Shown in pieces: positions 58,463 to 64,000 of a DNA stretch of 64,000 nucleotides (positions within the stretch are counted from its first letter, which is position 1; the number at the start of each line of letters is the position of its first letter). The stretch is from the NCBI GenBank assembly GCA_021735645.1, contig JAIPGP010000006.1, positions 3,634 to 67,633 on the forward strand, given 5' to 3'. The notes under the pieces were generated by a model. That model was not told the origin of the DNA and searched no databases. It saw nothing but the letters and a program-made list of their open reading frames with translations. Origin of the DNA: Candidatus Cloacimonadota bacterium (GTDB lineage: Bacteria > Cloacimonadota > Cloacimonadia > Cloacimonadales > TCS61). Position numbers and translations under genes: made by a program.

Positions 58463-59280
58463 TTCTCAATATACTCGCTCAAATCTTCTGCCACGGAAGG
58501 CGGAGCACTGAAAAAACCGAAAAAATTCAAATCTGAGCCATGTCCGTGAAAATCACTGCCTCCCGTCTTCAACAGTCCATTATCATCTGCCAGCTTTTTG
58601 TATCTGGCAGTTTCCTCATTTGTATGCCGACTGTAAAAAACTTCCAGACCCTGAATCCCAATATCGATCAAATACTGAACCATATCGTCATCACGGTAAA
58701 TATAAGGATGAGCCAGCACGGATACTCCACCCGCCTTTTTGATCGCTTCGATAACTTTCTCTGACGAAGGTGCCGGTTTGGCAACATAGCAGCTTTGCCC
58801 TTCACCAATATAATTATCAAACACATCCTTGGTATCACGGCAGTGCCCGGCATCAATTAATGCCCGGGCTATATGCGGTCTGCCTACCATATTCAGTTTG
58901 CCGGTAAGATTGATCACATCCCGGAAATCTAGGGACTTTCCTTCTTTTGCTAATAATTTCACTATCTTCTTTGCCCGCTGCAGTCTTCCCTTTTCAATGC
59001 TATGCAGAAATGATTTGAATCCCTTATTCTTGATGTCAAATCCATAACCAAGTATATGCACATCTCTGCCCCAGCAGAGCGAACTCACCTCCACACCCGG
59101 TAGTATCCTGACATCATAATGAGCTGCCAGCTTCATGCCCTGAATGCAACCTTCTATTGTATCATGATCTGTGATGGATATCAGGTCATAACTGTATTGC
59201 TGCAGTAATTCCAGTAATTCCCGCGGTGAAAACACCCCATCCGAATAGCTGGTGTGGATATGTAAATCGAGCTTAACCAT
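58450..59280 (-). CDS. PHP-domain phosphoesterase (TrpH/YciV-like)
   Basis: DLHIHT..SDG; ITDHDT; PGVEVS; VHILGY; GRPHIA; LAHP; TGGSDFHG. Confidence 0.93.
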   Translation of the reverse strand: MVKLDLHIHTSYSDGVFSPRELLELLQQYSYDLISITDHDTIEGCIQGMKLAAHYDVRILPGVEVSSLCWGRDVHILGYGFDIKNKGFKSFLHSIEKGRLQRAKKIVKLLAKEGKSLDFRDVINLTGKLNMVGRPHIARALIDAGHCRDTKDVFDNYIGEGQSCYVAKPAPSSEKVIEAIKKAGGVSVLAHPYIYRDDDMVQYLIDIGIQGLEVFYSRHTNEETARYKKLADDNGLLKTGGSDFHGHGSDLNFFGFFSAPPSVAEDLSEYIEKCGI

Positions 59281-59546
59281 ACACCATTATACCCCTTTTT
59301 ATACTTTTTCTCACTAATAAACCTTTTCTCTTTTTGTCCTGATAATGTAAAGTAAAAGCTGTTATTTGTTACCCTGAATATCCTTTTATCTTACAAACTA
59401 CCTGTAGCAATATCCTGAAAGTAAAATAAAAATTGGCTGTCAGTTAACCAGAAACGCTTACTGTACCCCGGAAGTGTGGCACTGGTAAATACCAATTCAC
59501 CAAAGGAAAAAAGTGACTCCAGAAATCTATCATTCATTTTCGGAAT

Positions 59547-60180
59547 TCTTACATTACATTATCCGTGGAATCCGTGGCTAAAATCATGAAACTGGGAAAT
59601 GAATATTTTTAGCACCAAAAAAGACTAACAAAACGAACTGAAGAAAGTAGAATCTTGAGCAATTCTTTAATTTTTCGTGTCATTTCGTGGCTTCTTGATA
59701 GAGCGTAATCTATGAAGCCTATTCGTGGTTCAAAATCTTACATTACATTCCTCTGTGTCCTCTGTGGTAAATAATCTTACATTACATTCCTCGTTGCAAT
59801 CCTATCTCACCTAACGGATCGACACATTAACACGGTTAATATACTCCAAATATCCGCGTTAATCTGCATTATCCGTGCCATCCGTGTTCGATGTTTCAAT
59901 ATTCAACAGCCCTGACTTAGTTTATTTTTTAGCAGAACCACATTACATTCTTCCGTGTGGTCAGTGTGTTCCGTGGTTAAATATCTTACATTACATTCCT
60001 CTGTGCAAAATAATCTTACATTACATTTCTCGTTGCAATCCTATCTCACCTAACGGATCGACACATTAACACGGTTAATGTACTCCAAATATCCGCGTTA
60101 ATCTGCGTTATCCGTGCCATCCGTGTTCTATATTTCAATATTCAACAGCCCTGACTTAGCTTTTTTTTTCAGCAGATCCA
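59547..60180. repeat. Intergenic repeat cluster: ~170-bp direct repeat (about 59769-59940 and 60008-60180), six (ct)tacattacatt motifs, and tccgtg/tctgtg iterations
   Basis: Direct alignment of the two copies shows only scattered substitutions. Motif copies at about 59547, 59735, 59774, 59940 (partial), 59983 and 60013. Confidence 0.9.
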
Positions 60181-60325
60181 CCTGTTCCTGATAAATTTAA
60201 TAAACTTATTGACACAATTTACCTGAAAATACTATTCTTCGTTGGCAGTTATGTAAGTTTCAGAATTGTTTTACCGAATAGCAGTCACATATCCGGGTAG
60301 AATAAATTCTGTAAGGGAGATAAAT

Positions 60326-60748
60326 TTGGGCACTCATCAAATTATGCTGGTGATTCTTAGTGTTGTTTTAGTGGGCGTTGCAGTCGCTTTGGGTATCTTC
60401 ATTTTCCAGAATCAGTCCCAAAACACTAACCGGCAGCTTCTTGTTAATGACCTTAATTTTCTGGGTACTGAAGCCCTGAGATTCTGGCGTACTCCGCCCA
60501 GTATGGGGGGCGGTGCTCCTGATATCAATTCTCAAGACCAGGAAAAACTGGAATTTTACCTGCACTGGGCTGGAAATACAAATCAAACTGCTTCCGGCAC
60601 CTATACTATCCAAGCGTATGATGACGGCAGGATCATCGTGGTAGGAACCGGCACTGAAGTGGGAAATGATAACACAAACCCAGTTCGAGCTATTTTAACT
60701 GTGAGCACTCGGACAGATACTCTTATGAGGATTACTTTAGAAAACTAA
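60326..60748 (+). CDS. Pilin-like protein with N-terminal hydrophobic helix (MG..Q.L....GV...G.A...G type)
   Basis: TTG 60326 after an AAGGGAG RBS gives (M)GTHQIMLVILSVVLVGVAVALGIFIF...NRQ.LVNDL...A.RFWRTP.SMGGG. TTGACA-N18-TATTCT lies upstream at about 60209. Confidence 0.7.
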   Translation: MGTHQIMLVILSVVLVGVAVALGIFIFQNQSQNTNRQLLVNDLNFLGTEALRFWRTPPSMGGGAPDINSQDQEKLEFYLHWAGNTNQTASGTYTIQAYDDGRIIVVGTGTEVGNDNTNPVRAILTVSTRTDTLMRITLEN

Positions 60749-60782
60749 GCGCTTTTTACACTGCAGTCGAACAGCAATAAAC

Positions 60783-60957
60783 TTATCAAAAAGATAACAA
60801 TATCTTCTCCATATATCAAAATGATAACACATCCTCTGATCACCGGAACTAACCTGCATAATTTTTTTTATAACATTATCTCGCTATACACCAATAAGTT
60901 ACAGTAGGTGTACCACCGCATTAATACACTAAATTTAGTTGTGGTACGCTGATTGCT
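60783..60957 (+). promoter_or_regulatory. Sigma54-type promoter with two upstream activator-like sites and an IHF-like site
   Basis: TGGTACG-CTGA-TTGCT at 60942-60957 (GG-N10-GC). TATCAAAA(A/T)GATAAC at 60784 and 60814. An IHF-like CAAtaagTTA at about 60892-60901 is preceded by an A/T tract. Confidence 0.72.
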
Positions 60958-60995
60958 CTATTAATCAGTAAAAATAATAATGTGGAGGCAAGAAA

Positions 60996-61067
60996 ATGAA
61001 AACAAGAAAGCTGATTACACGCTGGAATGAGAGAAAAGAAAGATACTCAAAAAGAAGTGAAAGATGA
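60996..61067 (+). CDS. Small basic peptide MKTRKLITRWNERKERYSKRSER (23 aa)
   Basis: GGAGG RBS; first ORF after the sigma54-type promoter; similar to the ORF at 61126-61188. Confidence 0.55.
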   Translation: MKTRKLITRWNERKERYSKRSER

Positions 61068-61129
61068 AAAAGAGTAAACTGGTATTAGGACAGAAGAAAA
61101 AAGAAAAAAATCAAGGAGGATCAAGATGA
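61064..61129 (+). CDS. Small Lys-rich linker ORF MKKSKLVLGQKKKEKNQGGSR (21 aa)
   Basis: ATGA overlaps at both ends. The frame depends on the lengths of the A-runs. Confidence 0.3.
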   Translation: MKKSKLVLGQKKKEKNQGGSR

Positions 61130-61188
61130 AACGAATTTCAATACTCAGCAAGTGGCAAGAGAGACGCGAAAGATACTGCAGGGGGTAA
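61126..61188 (+). CDS. Small basic peptide MKRISILSKWQERRERYCRG (20 aa)
   Basis: AAGGAGG RBS; shares W-x-E-R-[KR]-E-R-Y with the ORF at 60996-61067. Confidence 0.55.
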   Translation: MKRISILSKWQERRERYCRG

Positions 61189-61215
61189 TCATGTCACTTC
61201 CAGTTAAACCGTAAG

Positions 61216-61249
61216 AACCGGCAATTAGACAAACCTGCCGGTTTTTTTT
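61216..61249 (+). terminator. Rho-independent terminator
   Basis: aaccggca...tgccggtt followed by a T-tract. Confidence 0.85.
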
Positions 61250-61285
61250 ATAGTTTTATCCTCGTAACCATATCGTCCCGTTAAT

Positions 61286-61735
61286 TTACCTTAAAACAAA
61301 GTATGAGATATAATAAAGAATAGCACCTAAAGCAAGTAAAGCAGTAAGCAACAGTTGAGAAGTTTTTTTAAATTGTATTTCATTAGGAGTTAAGGGGCGT
61401 TTTTCCCCTCTCAGTTTCTTCTCTTTGGATGATCCTATCATTACCCCCAGTGCCAAACCAAAAGCAGGACCTAAAGCAATAGCAATAACAGTATTTTTGA
61501 GAGCAATACCCAGCGGAATGGATATAGCATAACCTAATGGCAAAAAAGCAGCAATATGTTTATGCGTTACCTGTCCTTCAACTTCTCCCTCCAATAATTT
61601 CTCATTCTCTTTCTTGATCTTTGCCGCCATTAATATCACTATCCCGATCACTAACAGGAAAGCAACCATCATTATCGTGATAATGGAGCTGCTACTAAAC
61701 AGCAGATGCAAAATATCCCTGCTTCCAGAATTCAT
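61286..61735 (-). CDS. Hypothetical membrane protein (about 4 TM helices)
   Basis: Hydrophobic segments and G-rich TM motifs (ALGPAFGLALG). ATG 61735 follows an AGGAGGG RBS. Confidence 0.75.
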   Translation of the reverse strand: MNSGSRDILHLLFSSSSIITIMMVAFLLVIGIVILMAAKIKKENEKLLEGEVEGQVTHKHIAAFLPLGYAISIPLGIALKNTVIAIALGPAFGLALGVMIGSSKEKKLRGEKRPLTPNEIQFKKTSQLLLTALLALGAILYYISYFVLR

Positions 61736-62153
61736 AAACCCTCCTGTCTTCACCTTAACTTGCAGAACTTTCTATCTATTAACAAATCTCACTCTCTCGC
61801 TTATTCAGGTCAATCTTTTTCTAAATGACCTCGCATCCCCCCGAAATTTCTCAGGATTTTTGTTTTCATCTTCACCCTGAAAGGGTGTAACTTCAAAAGA
61901 TAATAACCTGTAAATCTATATTAATTTACGTGTTATGTGTTGTTATTAGTAAATAAAGCAGGGGGATGCCAGGTTTCTAAATAACCTGATACCCCTCCGC
62001 CGAACTATTTCTTCACTTCCCGCCGGATAGAAACCGTGTTTTATTGAGATTGAGAAAATGGGTATAATTTCGACTCCCTGAGAATTGTCGGATTTCTGTG
62101 TTGTTGGCATCATTCAATTTGATATAGTATCGTTAATACACTTCACAGAAAAT

Positions 62154-62190
62154 ATATACCGGCAGGAAATAAAATTCCCTGCCGGTATAT
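62154..62190 (-). terminator. Terminator hairpin downstream of the PPIase
   Basis: 13-bp stem atataccggcagg/cctgccggtatat, followed by attttct on the minus strand. Confidence 0.8.
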
Positions 62191-62215
62191 GTTAAATAAC
62201 AGATGAAAAAAAACT

Positions 62216-62962
62216 TTATAGCATCTCCACCAGATATTTTTTTCTCAACTGATTGATCTTGCTGAGATATGCTTCTCTCTGCAGGTTGGTGACCAGCTCT
62301 TTTTGCACCTGGTCTTTCACCTGGTCAAATTCAGCGGTTTGCCCTTCAGTAATGCTGTTCAGTTTTATGAGGTGAAAGCCAAACTGGGTTTCAACGGGCT
62401 GGGAGATTTCGTTAATTCTTAGACTGAAAGCCACGTTATCATATTCCGGCACCATCTGTCCTTTGGCATAGCTGCCCAGATTGCCACCTCTTTCATTTGA
62501 AGGGCAGTTTGAATGTTTTTTAGCAGCATCTTCAAAGCTGATTTCTTTATTAACTATCTGCTCTCTGAGCTGCAGGCACAATTCTTCATTATCTACAAGG
62601 ATATGGCTTGTATCCGCCATTGCCTGGGTACCGAATCTGGTGGGGTCCTGGTTAAAAAAAGCTTCAACTTCAGCATCAGTGACATTTTTCACTGTTATAG
62701 TACTATTGATATTCATTTGTGTAAGTATAAAATCACGGGCTTTTGCCAATTCCTGACGGAATTCCTCAGTATCGTCCAGTTTACGTTCCACTGCATCACT
62801 CAGGAATAATTCCTGGTTGATCAGTTCATTGAGTACATGCTTGACGCCTTCTTCACTTTTGTATTGGGCAGCAGTTTGCGGTTCAAGTTTCTGAATGAAA
62901 TTTTCCACATCATATAACGATATTTCTTTGCCATTAACTTTAGCTAAAATTCTATTTTCCAT
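62216..62962 (-). CDS. Parvulin-type peptidyl-prolyl isomerase (no signal peptide)
   Basis: SHILV; FEDAAKKHSNCPS.ERGGNLG; GQMVPEY..AF; PVETQFGFHLIK. Confidence 0.93.
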   Translation of the reverse strand: MENRILAKVNGKEISLYDVENFIQKLEPQTAAQYKSEEGVKHVLNELINQELFLSDAVERKLDDTEEFRQELAKARDFILTQMNINSTITVKNVTDAEVEAFFNQDPTRFGTQAMADTSHILVDNEELCLQLREQIVNKEISFEDAAKKHSNCPSNERGGNLGSYAKGQMVPEYDNVAFSLRINEISQPVETQFGFHLIKLNSITEGQTAEFDQVKDQVQKELVTNLQREAYLSKINQLRKKYLVEML

Positions 62963-63133
62963 TCCATTTCTCCTTAATACTTTTGTGCCTGATTATTGAA
63001 AGTAGTGATATGTGTCAAATGGTATCCCGAAAAATTTCCCTACCTTTCTGAGTGAAATTAATTTTCTTGACTCTAAAATAACAAGATGGAATATTTAATA
63101 TAGCATAATGCAAATTGTTATGGGAGAATAGAT

Positions 63134-64000
63134 ATGGCGATAAAAATATTAGAAAATAAGAAATTTCTGCAACAGTGCCTTGATATTGCCGAAGTAATGT
63201 TTATTGCCCTGGACAGGAATGGCATCGTGACTCTGGCGAATAAAAAAGCCGCTGAAATACTTGAAGTCCCCCTGGTAGAAATAGTCGGCTATAACTGGTT
63301 TGAGAAATTTATCCCCGATTCTGAGCAGAAAGAAATCCAATCGGTATTTCAGAAAATATTAGCAGAAAAACTGCAAAATGTTGAGTATTATGAGAGTAAT
63401 GTGGTTACCGGCAGTGGAGAGGTGAAAACTATCGCCTGGCATAATTCCGTTTTATATGAACAAGAGGGACAAATAAGTGGTATTCTGGGTTCGGGTGAAG
63501 ATATCACAGATCAAAAACAGCTCAGCTCAGAACTGATCAGGAATGAACTTCACCTGCATAAAATATTTGATATCCTGCCTATAGGTTTGTGGATAGCTGA
63601 TGAGAACGGCAAATTACTGATCAGCAATCCTGCTGGAGTAAAAATCTGGGGAGCAGAGCCACATGTAGGGATAGAAGAATATGGCATTTTTAAAGCTTAC
63701 CGCCTGCCTTCACATGAAGAAATTCTACCTGAAGACTGGGCACTGGCACATACAATCAAAGAGGGGATTACTGTAGAGAATGAGCTTTTGGAAATTGAGG
63801 CTTTTGACGGCAGAAAAAAACTGATCTTGAATTATACTGCCCCGGTTATTGATGATAACGGCAGGGTAATGGGTGCAATTATCGTCAATCAGGATGTAAC
63901 TGAAGAAAAACAGCTGGAACAAAACCTTGCTGAAAGTGAGGAGCGATTTCAACTGGCAATGCAGGCAACAAAAGATGGTCTCTTTGACTGGAATTTGATT
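63134..64000 (+). CDS. Multi-PAS-domain sensor protein (5' part; output domain beyond the window)
   Basis: ATG 63134 after GGGAG gives MAIKILENKKFLQQCLDIAEVMFIALDRNG.VTLANKKAAEIL.....IVGYNWFEKFIP...GSGEDITDQK. The window ends in SEERFQLAMQATKDGLFDWNL in the same frame. Confidence 0.88.
   Translation, partial: MAIKILENKKFLQQCLDIAEVMFIALDRNGIVTLANKKAAEILEVPLVEIVGYNWFEKFIPDSEQKEIQSVFQKILAEKLQNVEYYESNVVTGSGEVKTIAWHNSVLYEQEGQISGILGSGEDITDQKQLSSELIRNELHLHKIFDILPIGLWIADENGKLLISNPAGVKIWGAEPHVGIEEYGIFKAYRLPSHEEILPEDWALAHTIKEGITVENELLEIEAFDGRKKLILNYTAPVIDDNGRVMGAIIVNQDVTEEKQLEQNLAESEERFQLAMQATKDGLFDWNLI

Noticed and set aside
59547-60180. CRISPR array
   Set aside because: The repeats are short and irregularly spaced, the intervening sequences are themselves duplicated, and there are no cas genes.
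61860-62150. REP-like hairpins (caccctgaaagggtg; caggtt/aacctg) and a possible small ORF
   Set aside because: Single copies with no associated transposase and no convincing coding signal. Too weak to call.

Overview
Bacterial chromosomal window, most consistent with Cloacimonadota or a related FCB lineage. That call rests on the FlgD-Ig/T9SS-like 'YPNPF...IYN(V/I)KGQ...SGVY' C-termini, a C25 peptidase and very acidic surface proteins. Positions 1-32.6 kb (minus strand) hold three giant secreted proteins: a 2103-aa dockerin-bearing adhesin-like protein, a 4752-aa scaffold with about 4 cohesin-like and about 30 cadherin/PKD-like domains, and a >3919-aa scaffold (missing from the ORF track, runs off the left edge) built from four ~2.81-kb super-repeats with 8 cohesin-like domains. 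Next come a DUF1573 gene with an in-frame UGA and SECIS-like hairpin (candidate selenoprotein), an M23 peptidase, the rplM-rpsI-rpsB-tsf-pyrH-frr-ferredoxin operon, and a surface-glycan locus. The glycan locus is split by a plus-strand cassette: small dockerin protein, FGE/CLec-fold protein with a DGR-like variable region, and a C25-family protein. The right end has a repeat cluster, a pilin-like gene, a sigma54-type promoter driving tiny coupled ORFs, a PPIase and a PAS sensor. The best candidate novel system, which is inference, is a cohesin-dockerin surface scaffold loaded via a three-donor-strand dockerin adaptor with possibly DGR-diversified lectin-fold heads. No rRNA, tRNA or CRISPR array was seen. 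All domain calls are by eye, not by HMM search.
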